A DNA stretch of 49,074 nt. Origin: Macrostomum lignano. Taxonomy: Eukaryota. The stretch spans positions 1 through 49,074 of the forward strand of contig NIVC01003613.1 in NCBI GenBank assembly GCA_002269645.1. The letters run 5' to 3'. A program made the position numbers and the translations under genes. The notes under the pieces are model-generated. The model worked only from the letters and a program-made list of their open reading frames with translations, did no database searches and was not told the origin of the DNA. Shown here one piece after another: positions 23,601 through 37,200 of this stretch (positions within the stretch are counted from its first letter, which is position 1; every line of letters starts with the position of its first letter).

Positions 23601-26489
23601 AGTCGGGACAGAGCAGCACCTCAGGAGCCGGAGGAGCGGCGTCGGGTTATTCGACGAACTAGAAGAGAATTATCGCCCGATATTGATCGCGACGGTGCTG
23701 ACCGATCGACTGGTGCTAGTAGACGAATTCGTCGCTCGTCGCCTTCGGAGCGCCGGCTTGTGTCGCTAGAACGACGGAATAATAATGAGTCGAGGTCGCC
23801 TGATGCCAATAACGAGCGACGCGTCATTAAATCGCGGATTGAGCAGCGCAGCAGATCGCCAGAAGATGAGATCAGACCGTCGCCAGGGTCCAGTAGCGGT
23901 AGAAAGTCTCCAATAGAGCATCGATATGTTGCTGTTGGCGAGCGTCAGATGTCGCCATTTGAGAAGCTGAAATCATCGATTGAACGACGCGCATTACCGG
24001 TTAATCGACGCACATCACCGGTTAATCGGCGCACATCACCAGTTAATCGACGCACATCACCGGTTAATCGGCGCACATCACCGGTTAATCGACGCACATC
24101 ACCGGTTAATCGGCGCACATCACCGGTTAATCGACGCACATCACCGGTTAATCGGCACACATCACCGGTTAATCGACGCACATCACCGGTTAATCGACGC
24201 ACATCACCGGTTAATCGGCGCACATCACCGGTTAATCGACGCGAATCACCGGTTAATCGGCGCACATCACCGGTTAATCGACGCAAATCACCGGTTGATA
24301 GACGCACGTCACCGGTTGCTCAAAATAGGTCACCGGTTCCGCAAATCAAATCAATGGTTGAGAGACGCAAATCGCCTTTTGAAAGGCAAAAATCTTCTTT
24401 TCCGCGTCGCAAATCACCGGTTAATCGCAGCAAATCACCGGTTCAGCGTCGTAATCGCAGCAAATCACCGGTTCAGCGTCGCAAATCACCGGTTGATCGC
24501 AGCAAATCACCGGTTCAGCGTCGCAAATCACCGGTTGATCGCAGCAAATCACCGGTTCAGCGTCGCAAATCACCGGTTCAGCGTCGCAAATCACCGGTTC
24601 AGCGTCGCAAATCATCGGTTAATCGCAGCAAATCACCGGTTCAGCGTCGCAAATCACCGGTTGATCGCAGCAAATCACCGGTTCAGCGTCGTAATCGCAG
24701 CAAATCACCGGTTCAGCGTCGCAAATCACCGGTTGATCGCAGCAAATCACCGGTTCAGCGTCGCAAATCACCGGTTGATCGCAGCAAATCACCGGTTCAG
24801 CGTCGCAAATCACCGGTTCAGCGTCGCAAATCACCGGTTCAGCGTCGCAAATCATCGGTTAATCGCAGCAAATCACCGGTTCAGCGTCGCAAATCACCGG
24901 TTGATCGCAGCAAATCACCGGTTCAGCGTCTTAATCGCAGCAAATCACCGGTTCAGCGTCGTAATCGCAGCAAATCACCGGTTCAGCGTCGCAAATCACC
25001 GGTTGATCGCAGCAAATCACCGGTTCAGCGTCGCAAATCACCGGTTCAGCGTCGCAAATCACCGGTTCAGCGTCGCAAATCATCGGTTAATCGCAGCAAA
25101 TCACCGGTTCAGCGTCGCAAATCATCGGTTAATCGCAGCAAATCACCGGTTCAGCGTCGCAAATCACCGGTTGATCGCAGCAAATCACCGGTTCAGCGTC
25201 GTAATCGCAGCAAATCACCGGTTCAGCGTCTTAATCGCAGCAAATCACCGGTTCAGCGTCGTAATCGCAGCAAATCACCGGTTCAGCGTCGCAAATCACC
25301 GGTTGATCGCAGCAAATCACCGGTTCAGCGTCGCAAATCACCGGTTGATCGCAGCAAATCACCGGTTCAGCGTCGCAAATCACCGGTTGATCGCAGCAAA
25401 TCACCGGTTCAGCGTCGCAAATCGCCGGTTAATCGCAGCAAATCACCGGTTAATCGCAGCAAATCACCGGTTCAGCGTCGTAAATCACCGGTTGGTCATC
25501 GATCCCGTTCACCCTCTGATCGAGGCAAACGGTCCCTTGAGCGCCAAAAATCGCCCGAATTTCGTCCCAACAGAATTCCCGCTTATCGTCGAAACTCTCC
25601 AGCAACAACTCGTCGACAGCGATCGCCCGTTGACCGTCGAAGGTCGCCCGTTGACCGTCGAAGGTCGCCCGTTGACCGTCGAAGGTCGCCCGTTGACCGT
25701 CGAAGGTCGCCCGTTGACCGTCGAAGGTCGCCTGTTGACCGTCGAAGGTCGCCCGTTGACCGTCGAAGGTCGCCTGTTGACCGTCGAAGGTCGCCCGTTG
25801 ACCGTCGAAGGTCGCCTGTTGACCGTCGAAGGTCGCCCGTTGACCGTCGAAGGTCGCCTGTTGACCGTCGAAGGTCGCCTGTTGACCGTCGAAGATCGCC
25901 CGTTGACCGTCGAAGGTCGCCAGTCGATCGTCGAAGGTCGCCGATTAATCGTCGCAAGTCTTTGTCGCCAATTTCGCGCGATAGAAATCGACAAAAGCCG
26001 GCTAACAAATCAACGACGGCGCAGGAAAAGCAAAAGCGGCGCAGGTCGGCATCTTCTTCAAGCTCTTCGTCAGCCTCGTCTTCGGCTTCTTCCTCAGCAA
26101 AGAAAGACGACAGCAAGGCAAAGCCGAATGCTACTATGAAGAAATCAGTGCCAGACAGGTACAGCGATCGGCGCAGGAAGGCTTCTTCATCTTCGTCGGG
26201 ATCCTCGTCTGGCCGTTCTTCATCATCTGACTCTTCGTCATCCTCAGCATCATCTTCGTCAACCTCTTCGACGAATAGTTCTTCATCCGGCAGCAGCAGT
26301 TCGTCAACGTCGTCTGAAGCGAAACGACGCGCCGAACGTTTTCGGCACGGTCGGCAGCAGCAGAAGAGCGCCGGCGCCGGCGGTGGCGCCAAAACTGGCG
26401 CCTGGTTGAAACAGGGAGTTAATGGTAGCGGCGATAATACTACTAATAAAACTGCCACTAATAACACTAACAGTTCGAAGATTGATTGA
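17670..26489 (+). CDS. PPIG: SR-type cyclophilin, peptidyl-prolyl cis-trans isomerase G-like (PPIG/NKTR family), 12 exons, 1486 aa
   Basis: Exons 17670-17727, 17818-17892, 17981-18133, 18838-18925, 19022-19182, 19282-19492, 20118-20237, 20371-20476, 21313-21470, 22228-22263, 22365-22574, 23405-26489. All introns are GT-AG and phase-consistent, total 4461 nt. Cyclophilin motifs: [80 protein letters not shown]-specific downstream motifs: Lys-rich tract, [26 protein letters not shown], then an Arg/Ser-rich tail. Confidence 0.9.
18165..18755. repeat. C/T-rich degenerate minisatellite in PPIG intron 3
   Basis: CCCTGCCCTC-type units with recurring CCCCGCAATACTACCCTCCCATG blocks. Confidence 0.9.
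19520..20075. repeat. 24-bp minisatellite in PPIG intron 6
   Basis: Unit GAGAATCGCCCCTTTAGCCTACCT, over 20 copies. Confidence 0.95.
20565..21260. repeat. Composite minisatellite with ~88-bp higher-order unit in PPIG intron 8
   Basis: CACCTGTCCTCAGG/CACCTGTTCTCAAA sub-units. The higher-order unit starts at 20881, 20969, 21057 and 21145. Confidence 0.9.
21500..22135. repeat. 30-bp minisatellite in PPIG intron 9
   Basis: Unit CAGAGTGCTCAGACACCTCAGCATGGCTCA, with a related GGTGGACACCTCAGTATGGCTCTTGT variant at the 5' end. Confidence 0.95.
22625..23330. repeat. 31-bp minisatellite in PPIG intron 11
   Basis: Unit AAACGAGTCTGTCACTCTTCCAGATTCTCTC, decaying towards the 3' end. Confidence 0.95.
23990..25950 (+). 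repeat. Coding 21-bp (7-aa) tandem repeats in the last PPIG exon, three blocks
   Basis: RRTSPVN block (~23990-24330), [21 protein letters not shown] block (~24410-25500) and RRRSPVD block (~25615-25950), all in the PPIG frame. Confidence 0.95.
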
Positions 26490-26865
26490 GACAAGAGGCT
26501 AAGAAGCGGAACATTTAATAAGTTATATATTAATAGTAATTTTCGAGAAGTTTGAAAATGCATTTTTTCTCTTCATGGAGTGGCTATTCCTGGCTATGCT
26601 TCTGGCACTGAACTGGGCTGCGTGTGTTCATCTCTCACTGACCAGCGACAAACCTAATCTATAGTGTTTATATAGTTGTATTCACTAGCTAAGTGTGCGT
26701 CTCGTGTACCTAACTAATTAGAGTTTGAGCACACCTTTCAATCTATTTTAGTTTTGTCTCAACTTTTGCCGGTGTGTCCAATGCTTTTACTTAATTGGCT
26801 TTAAGTTTTACGCGATGCTCTATGCTAATGCTTTAATATGGGCTTAGCATTCCTAACGTTAATTT

Positions 26866-26966
26866 GTTTGTCTGTCTGTCTGTCTGTCTGACTGACTGAC
26901 TGACTGTCTGTGTCTGTCTGTCTGTCTGTCCGGCTGTCTGTCTGTCCGACTGTCTGTGTGTCTTAG

Positions 26967-27003
<37 letters not shown>

Positions 27004-27078
27004 GCTTGTGTCTGTCTGTCTGTCTGCTTGTGTCTGTCTGTCTGTCTGTCTGTCTGTCCGACTGTCTGTGTGTCTTAG

Positions 27079-27127
<49 letters not shown>

Positions 27128-27154
27128 GCTTGTGTCTGTCTGTCTGTCTGCTTG

Positions 27155-27198
<44 letters not shown>

Positions 27199-27218
27199 CG
27201 ACTGTCTGTGTGTCTTAG

Positions 27219-27250
<32 letters not shown>

Positions 27251-27270
27251 CGACTGTCTGTGTGTCTTAG

Positions 27271-27303
<33 letters not shown>

Positions 27304-27342
27304 GCTTGTGTCTGTCTGTCTGTCTGTCTGTCTGTCTGCTTG

Positions 27343-27374
<32 letters not shown>

Positions 27375-27394
27375 CGACTGTCTGTGTGTCTTAG

Positions 27395-27442
<48 letters not shown>

Positions 27443-27462
27443 CGACTGTCTGTGTGTCTTAG

Positions 27463-27510
<48 letters not shown>

Positions 27511-27608
27511 CGACTGTCTGTGTGTCTTAGTGTTTGTCTGGCTGTCTGTCTGTCTGGCTGTCTGTCTGTCCGACTGTCTTAGTGTGCGGCTGTCTGTCTG
27601 ACTGTCTG
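26866..27608. repeat. Compound (TGTC)n microsatellite
   Basis: (TGTC)n interrupted by recurring CGACTGTCTGTGTGTCTTAG and TGCTTG spacers. Confidence 0.97.
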
Positions 27609-28249
27609 TATAATCCTATCGTTTTGTTATTCTGTATTGTTTTCTTTCAAAAGGAAAAGTGCTGCTTATACCATAGTTAGCTAGTATATTCTGACTGAAT
27701 AAAAGTACAGTTGGAAAAGCATACTACACTTCCCCCATATTGCTAAGCTATTTGCCTTAATTTTTCATTGTTCTAAATTCGACTTCATAGTCATTGTATC
27801 TGTCTTGGCCCCTGTAAGTGCAGTGTATTGTATCTAACACTGGTTTGTATCGCAGTTTGTTAATAACTGAATGTTTTTTTTCAACTTTATCAAACAATAA
27901 ATAACATTTAGTACGTTTAAAAAAGTTTGATACAAAAATTATTCTGGAAATCATTTGTGATTGCGCGATCCAGTGAATGTTGGTTTGATAAAAAATTAAA
28001 TTAATAATTTGTTGTCAGTGTCCACCTAGATTGTAGGGTGTCACTTTTATAAAATACGTGTTTCTTTGTTTTAAGATTTTGTCAATTCACACTACTTTGA
28101 TTAGTCAGTAGCTTGAACGATTCTAGCAATTATAATTTATATTATGCTGTCAATGAAGCTTAACTATGCATTGTTGCTTTTTGTATTTTATGCCGTAAGA
28201 ATCTCGGTAAAGTTTATTCTAAACTAGCAGTGCTACTATAAGTAGCCAG

Positions 28250-31200
28250 ATGTTGTCTGACACCGCTGCAAATGCAGTGGTGCCAGAATTTGACCAACAA
28301 CAGCTGTTCCGACCAGAGAACTACTACATCGCCGCTTTGGAAGAAATTGCATTGGCTGGCGGCTCCCACGGACTGAGTTTAGATTGCCTCTGGTCCAGAC
28401 TTTTGACTCGATTCAACTCGAGACAGTTGCAGAAGCAAACTTCTCAACTGGAAGCAAATGTTCGAAATTTTATTCTGACTGCCATTGCCAGGTAACTTGA
28501 CTATAGGCTTGATTTTGGATGAATAATTAAATTACGAGCGTATACGGATTACAGATTTGTAAATTAGGATTACGAGCTACAGATTTGTGAATAGGGATTA
28601 GAGATTTGTGAATAGGAACAGATTTGTGTATAGGGATTACAGATTTGTGAATAGGGACTACAGATTTGTGAATAGGAATTACACATTTGTGAATAGGGAT
28701 TACAGATTTGTGAATAGGGACTACAGATTTGTGAATAGGAATTACAGATTTGTGTATAGGGATTACAGATTTGTGAATAGGGACTACAGATTTGTGAATA
28801 GGGATTGCAGATTTGTGAATAGGAATTACACATTTGTGAATAGGGATTACAGATTTGTGAATAGGGACTACAGATTTGTGAATAGGGATTACAGATTTGT
28901 GAATAGGAATTACAGATTTGTGTATAGGGATTACAGATTTGTGAATAGGGACTACAGATTTGTGAATAGGAATTACACATTTGTGAATAGGGATTACAGA
29001 TTTGTGAATAGGGACTACAGATTTGTGAATAGGAATTACAGATTTGTGTATAGGGATTACAGATTTGTGAATAGGGACTACAGATTTGTGAATAGGGATT
29101 GCAGATTTGTGAATAGGAATTACACATTTGTGAATAGGGATTACAGATTTGTGAATAGGGACTACAGATTTGTGAATAGGGATTACAGATTTGTGAATAG
29201 GAATTACACATTTGTGAATAGGGATTACAGATTTGTGAATAGGGACTACAGATTTGTGAATAGGAATTACAGATTTGTGTATAGGGATTACAGATTTGTG
29301 AATAGGGACTACAGATTTGTGAATAGGGATTGCAGATTTGTGAATAGGAATTACACATTTGTGAATAGGGATTACAGATTTGTGAATAGGGACTACAGAT
29401 TTGTGAATAGGGATTACAGATTTGTGAATAGGAATTACACATTTGTGAATAGGGATTACAGATTTGTGAATAGGTATTACAGATTTGTGAATAGGAATTA
29501 CACATTTGTGAATAGGGACTACAGATTTGTGAATAGGGATTGCAGATTTGTGAATAGGAATTACACATTTGTGAATAGGGACTACAGATTTGTGAATAGG
29601 GATTACAGATTTGTGAATAGGGACTACAGATTTGTGAATAGGGATTACAGATTTGTGAATAGGGATTACAGATTTGTGAATAGGAATTACAGATTTGTGA
29701 ATAGGGACTACAGATTTGTGAATAGGGACTACAGATTTGTGAATAGGGACTACATATTTGTGAATAGGGATTACAGATTTGTGAATAGTGTTTAGCCACA
29801 TCTGGTTAATGAAGGGATGTAAAAGAACCAATGACACAGCCTCGCAATAAATGACTATCCGCATCACAGAGCGCCATCGAGCGAACTCGCCGCCTATCAG
29901 CTGAGCGACTCAACCAGCCAAAAATCCAGAACTGCAATACCTTTAGCTAGCCTGCTGCGTATTGAGGACAATGCAAGTTTATCTGCTAGCAATATTGTAC
30001 TGGTCGCTGGCGAATCGGTTCGCCGCCGACAATTTAGCGTCCTTGGCAACGAGGTCAATTCCGACTGTTGGTCGGTATTGGAATTGGCTGGGGCTGCTGG
30101 GCACACTGGGGTGCCAGTTAGACAAGTGGCTGCAACTGCTGAGTTGAGCAGCAGTCCTGATGCAGTCATTGATCGGCTGGTCCGTCTTGGCTTGCTAATC
30201 ACTCGGAATTGCTGCGCTCAGACTACTGCTAGTAGTGCAGCGGAGCCGCTGTCTGATAGGCGATTCTGGCTGACTAAGTTTGCGCCTTCGAATACTACTG
30301 CCTCTGTTGCAGCGGCTGCGGCTGGCAGAGGCACTGACAGCACTGCGGGTGAGTGGGGACACCCTTCTAACCTGATCCTCAGCTGCTGGGCCAGCCTCCC
30401 AGATCCTCAGTTGCTGGGCCAGCCTCCCAGATCCTTAGTTGCTGGGCCAGCCTCCCAGATCCTCAGTTGCTGGGCCAGCCTCCCAGATCCTCAGTTGCTG
30501 GGCCAGCCTCCCAGATCCTTAGTTGCTGGGTCAGCCTCCCAGATGCTCAGTTGCTGGGCCAGCCTCCCAGATCCTTAGTTGCTGGGTCAGCCTCCCAGAT
30601 GCTCAGTTGCTGGGCCAGCCTCCCAGATCCTTAGTTGCTGGGTCAGCCTCCCAGATGCTCAGTTGCTGGGCCAGCCTCCCAGATGCTCAGTTGCTGGTCC
30701 AGCCTCCCAGATCCTCGGTTGCTGGGCCAGCCTTTCAGAGTATCAGTTGCTGGGCCAGCCTCCCAGATCCTTAGTTGCTGGGCCAGCCTCCCAGATCCTT
30801 AGTTTCTGGGCCAGCCTCCCAGATCCTCAGTTGCTGGGCCAGCCTCCCAGATCCTCAGTTGCTGGGCCAGCCTCCCAGATCCTTAGTTTCTGGGCCAGCC
30901 TCCCAGATCCTCAGTGTCCCCCCCCCCATCCCGCAGCAGTCGGCGCCATCGAGAGTCAAACCGGTGGCCGTAAGCTGCGCCTGCTAGACGAATCGCTGCC
31001 CCTTCGCAGTCAGCTATTGGCTGGCCTCTCTGACAAATCAGCGTGCTCCGCTAAAGAGATACAGGACAGCTTAGCATTTGGCTGCCATTCGTTAGCGGAA
31101 ACTCGGTCTAACTTGGCCTGGCTGTGCAAGCGGCATCTTTGCTCGGTGGAGTCTGTTGACTAGTAATGCTTCTTAAAAGTTTTCTGTTGTGTTTTATAAT

Positions 31201-34200
31201 GGGGGCTGTTTTTTATCCATAGAGTAAAATGGGTTGTCCGTAGGTATAAGTATAAATGACATTATGTATTTATTTAGAGGTGATAATTAACTGACTAGAA
31301 TGATGCATTTCACAAGAAAACATTGGTTCAAGTTCAAGAATGAAGTTTAAAAAATGTTTTTAAAATGGCACATTATAGTTTAAATAAGGCCACTTTGATT
31401 TTTAAAAATGGCACATGGGTTCGAAGAAATGGCACATGGGTTTAAAGAAATGACATTTGGGTTTGAAGAAATGGCACATGGGTTTGAAGAAATGGCATAT
31501 GGGTTCGAAGAAATGGCACATGGGTTTGAAGAAATGGCACATGGGTTTGAGGAAATGGCATTTGGTTTTGAAGAAATGGCATTTGGGTTTAAAGAAATGG
31601 CACATGGGTTTGAAGAAATGGCACATGGGTTTGAAGAAATGACATTTGGGTTTGAAGAAATGACATTTGGGTTTAAAGAAATGGCACATGGGTTTGAAGA
31701 AATGGCACATGGGTTTGAGGAAATGGCACATGGGTTTGAAGAAATGGCACATGGGTTTAATAACTTATGAATAAGACTAAACTAACACTTATCTTGAATC
31801 AATAATTAATCCATTAATAACTGTTCCAGCTACCGCGCGATTTCTCTGCAATCAGCATACAAAGCTGCCAGCTCCCCTGCCTCAGCCTCAGCCGCCACCG
31901 CCCCATCATCCAATGTCGACATAGATCTTGACATTGAACCGCAGTCAGAATTCAAACGGCCATTGGCACCACCTCCGCTGTCAAAGCAGAGACACAAGCA
32001 GCCGAGTGTCAGTTCGCTTCATCCCAGCTTCAGTCATCAGCGAGTTTATCGACACTTTGTCAAGCACAAAATCTGTCCAATAACCGAATTAAACGATCTG
32101 GCTAAGCAGCTGGACTCGAGGAATGGCTCGTCGAAGAAAGCCAATCAATATGACACCTTGCCGAAGGCGCTGGTTAAGAGTTTGGATTGGCTGACCTTGC
32201 ATGGGCGGTTGAAGTTAGTAACGGTTAGAATGCCTGTAGCTGAGCTTGCTGCTAATGCAGGCCGGCTCACTGCTCCTGCTCAACTGAATGAGTCGAATAA
32301 GCCAGATGTAAGTAGTTATTAACTAAAGACGGTCTATTATCTAATAATTAACAATAAGTGGTGAAACGAGATGCGTGTGATTTAGATCACGGTTAGAGAA
32401 GAGATTGGGAAATATGAGAGTTGAGGAGAGATCAGATGAGATGAGATATGAGGAGAGATCAGATGTGGAAAGAGATGAGATGTGAGGAGAGATAAGATGT
32501 AATGAGAGATGAGATGTGGGTAGAGGGATGTGGGGAAACATAAGATGTGAGGAAAGATGAGATGTAGAATGAGATGACATGTGGGAATAGATGAGATGTG
32601 AAAAGAGGTGAGAGATGTAAGGAGAGATTAGATGTGAGGAGAGATGAGATGTGAGGAGAGATATGTTGGGAAACATAAGATGTAAGGAAAGATGAGATGG
32701 AATGAGATGAGATGTGAGGAGAGATGAGATGTGAGGAAAGATGAGATGTAGAATGAGATGACATGTGGGAATAGATGAGATGTGGAAAGAGGTGAGAGAT
32801 GTAAGGAGAGATTAGATGTGAGGAGAGATGAGATGTGAGGAGAGAGATGTTGGGAAACATAAGATGTAAGGAAAGATGAGATGGAATGAGATGAGATGTG
32901 AGGAGAGATGAGATGTGAGGAAAGATGAGATGTAGAATGAGATGACATGTGGGAATAGATGAGATGTGGAAAGAGGTGAGAGATGTAAGGAGAGATTAGA
33001 TGTGAGGAGAGATAAGATGTGAGGAGAGAGATGTTGGGAAACATGAAATGTGAGGAGAGATGAGATTTAGCCATGATCATGTAGGGATCATGGTATGTAG
33101 GGATTCGTGGGGATTTAGGGTATTCGTGTGCTAGAGTGTGCTAGACACTGGAGAGAAAACAAGGAGCTAATAGAGCTCCTCTCTTCTTTGTCATTTTCTC
33201 CATCAGCTCGAGCCGTCAGTGAAACCAGTGCAGCTGTACGCCCTGACAAAACTGGCTAGCGACACTGACGCCATCTGCAAGCTGTTAAGCGATCGATCAA
33301 ACCAGCTGTCAATCTCTGGCGAACTCGATGCATCAGATTTATCTAATACACAGAATGTTCAATCTTCTAATAGCGACAGTCAGCCAGAATCCGACGCCCC
33401 ATTGAGTGATTCGGCAACAGTAGCGGAGCCCACCGACAGTCGGGACTGGCTGCAATTTATTGACTGCGCCGAAAAGATAAGCATCTTTACTCGAGCTCAA
33501 TTGGCTTACGAATTCTGCTGGTATCTGGTGTACGGATTGCCAGTTGATCAGGGACCGATATACCCTAGTACTTCGGTGAGCAGCTTTTGTCTATGGTAAA
33601 GCTGGCTGTTCTCTTTCTGTAGATTGAAGCATCTGCGAATATCTGCGCATCAATCTAACATCTGTCTATCTGCCCTTCTATCTACTCATCAATCTACCTG
33701 TATACTTCTATCTACTCATCAATCTACCTGTATACTTATCTATCTACTCATCAATCTACCTGTATACTTATCTATCCACTCATCAATCTACCTGTATACT
33801 TCTATCTACTCATCAATCCACCTGTATACTTATCTATCTACTCATCAATCCACCTGTATACTTATCTATCTACTCATCAATCTACCTGTATACTTCTATC
33901 TACTCATCAATCTACCTGTATACTTATCTATCCATTCATCAATCTACCTGTATACTTATCTATCTATCTACTCATCAATCCACCTGTATACTTATCTATC
34001 TACTCATCAATCTACCTGTATACTTATCTATCTAGCTACTCATCAATCTACCTGTATACTTATCTATCTACTCATCAATCTACCTGTATACTTCTATCTA
34101 CTCATCAATCTACCTGTATACTTATCTATCCATTCATCAATCTACCTGTATACTTATCTATCTATCTACTCATCAATCCACCTGTATACTTATCTATCTA

Positions 34201-37200
34201 CTCATCAATCTACCTGTATACAAGCATGTCTATCTACTCATCAATCTACCTGTATACTTCTATCTACTCATCAATCTACCTGTATACTTATCTATCCACT
34301 CATCAATCTACCTGTATACTTATCTATCTAGCTACTCATCAATCTACCTGTATACTTATCTATCTATCTACTCATCAATCTACCTGTATACTTATCTATC
34401 TACTCATCAATCTACCTGTATACTTATCTATCCACTCATAAATCTACTTGTATACTTATCTATCTACTCATCAATCTACCTGTATACTTATCTATCTACT
34501 CGTCAATCTACCTGTATACTTATCTATCTATCTACTCATCAATCTACCTGTATACTTATCTATCTACTCATCAATCTACCTGTATACTTATCTATCCACT
34601 CATAAATCTACTTGTATACTTATCTATCTACTCATCAATCTACCTGTATACTTATCTATCTACTCATCAATCTACCTGTATACTTATCTATCTACTCATC
34701 AATCTACCTGTATACTTATCTATCTACTCATCAATCTACCTGTATACTTCTATCTACTCATCAATCTACCTGTATACAAGCATATCTATCTACTCATCAA
34801 TCTACCTGTATACAAGCATATCTATCTACTCATCAATCTACCTGTATACCAATCTATCTGCGTATCAATCTACCTGTATTACCTGTCTATCTGCCTACCA
34901 ATCTACAGAAACCTTGCTACTTATCTACCCACTACCAACATAGCTTCCCTTAAAATCGATCTACCGAACCGCAGGTCACCCTGAACGGCGCGGAGATCAT
35001 CCTGCCGCCAGTCTACAGTGACACGAACGACTGGCGCCGGTTTGTATTCCCATTGTATTCCAACAGCAAGGCCGATCATTTTCCTAAAACTCTGCCTTCG
35101 TCTGGTTGGATACACAAAATCGATATTATAATGCGAATGCCGTTGGCTCTGTACGCCTCTCTGCTCAAGATTGGCAGTTGCAATTCGCCCCTGCTGTTTC
35201 GCTATATGAGCCATCCGGTGCTGCGCTGGCTGCCGCTGGCTACTCTGCCTGACAGCGGGCTCAGGGCGCTCATGCTGCTCAGAGGCCGCTCGCTTGTGCT
35301 CAGCAGGTCGCCGCCGTTTCGCGTTATTGGCTCTATGGGATTAGTGTACTGGCTGAAGAGGGGAACCCATTTTAAAGATTCGGTAAGCAGTAATGTCTGC
35401 TTGTATTGTTGATTCCATTTCATACCGATTCTCTTCATATCCCTGCGATTCTCTTCATTTCTCACCGATTCTCTTCATACCTTACCGATTCTCTTCATAC
35501 CTCACCGATTCTCTTCACATCTCACCGATTCTCTTCATATCGCTGCGATTCTCTTCATATCTCACCGATTTTCTTCATATCCCAGCGATTCTCTTCATTT
35601 CTCACCGATTCTCTTCATATCCACCGATTCTTTTCATTTCTCACCGATTCTCTTCATATCTCATTGATTCTCTTCATACCACACTGATTTTATTCATATC
35701 TCACCGATTCTCTTCATATTTCACCAATTCTTTTTATAACTTACCGGTTTTCTTCATATCGATATTCATTTTTGTTGTGGGTTGATGGCTTTGCCATAGA
35801 CATTTTTGTTACGCGACTGCGTTGATGAATTGAACCATGCTATTGAGTTATGAAATAAGTAATAGACGCGTCAGAGGTCAACAGACCGCTAGACTGACAA
35901 TTGCCAAAGGCTAAAGCCAAAAGCACAACAGTGGCGTCGGCAAGCATAGGCTACGAAAATGCCTGGAAGTACGCCAGCATCGCCAACTAAAGGAGTTGGT
36001 AAAACGGTTTCGAGCGACAAAGCACCACCGCTTGCGATCTCGTCGAAATCAGTCCAAGCGACAAAGTCGGCAACAGCGACAGCGCAGAACCCAAGCGCAC
36101 AAGTATCGAGAGGACAGCAAGTTGACATCGAAAAACTCGATGAAAGTTCGAACTTCCAGAGGTGGTTGGACCGATTCACACTGTGCAGCGAACTCAACGG
36201 CTGGCAGGACGACACGAAAAACAAGCTGCTGCTGATGAAGCTCAGCACCAAGCTGTACGACGCATTGGCAGATCGAGCCGCTCCCAAGAAGCCGGGAGAA
36301 AAGAGCTTCGATGAACTGACCAAACTACTGGCCAGCATCCTGGAACCAAAGACGTTCGTCATGGCTGAGAGATTCAATTTCCAGCATATCACTCGCACGG
36401 CATCAATGAGCATTCGTGAGTATGCACAGCAACTCTGCATGCAAGCAGACAAGTGTCAGTTTGGCCTATCCAGAGATGAGAGACTGAGAGATCAGCTCGT
36501 ATTCGGTTTGAATGACAAGGTGGCCATCAGCAAGTTATTGGAACAGGACTTCAGCACTCTCACGTTTGAGACAGCTATCAACATCTCTGAGGCGCACCAG
36601 AACCTATCACAAACGCAAATACTAAAGGGTTGCACCAGTCAGCCGCAGTCTTCTGAAGTAATGAAAATTTCAGCATCGGTGGCCAGAGGCTCCCACTCTA
36701 CAAGCTCCAAGTGTGGCAGATGTGGTACAATGCATGGCTCCAATGGAGGGTGTCCTGCGAAAGGAAAAACGTGCAACAAATGTGGCATGCAAAACCACTT
36801 CGCAACAGTTTGCAAAACGAAATCAACTGGTTTTGGCAAAGGCCGAAAATCGTTCAAAAGCCCGTCAGCATCTGGTCAATTTAGGCGAGCTGCAGTGTGG
36901 CCAAGGACCACAAGCTTTGTAGATGCAAGCGAAGCTGAACAGGAGGATTGTTTTCACATTCGACATCCCGTTGATAGCTACACCGTGCCTGTTAGGCTCA
37001 GACACACGAGCGGGTCGATGCTTAGCGTGAACGCACAAATCGATACTTGGGCTGGGGCAGGAGTTTTAGTAATGTCAAAAACGATCTGGAAACGATTGGG
37101 TTGTCCAAAGCTGACACCTACAGACACTGTTCTGACAACATACGCTGATACGCAGATGAAGGTCTTTGGAACACACGACACTGAGTTGGAGTACAATGAT

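Noticed and set aside
23980-26563. 719-aa alternative-frame ORF (23980-26139) and 326-aa antisense ORF (25583-26563) overlapping PPIG
   Set aside because: These are expected shadows of a 21-bp coding repeat and Ser/Arg codon usage, with no independent evidence of coding.
27838-27975. CACTGG...CCAGTG with AA flanks as a CACTA MITE
   Set aside because: Only 6 bp of perfect inverted repeat and a 2-bp flank match in AT-rich DNA, which is compatible with chance.
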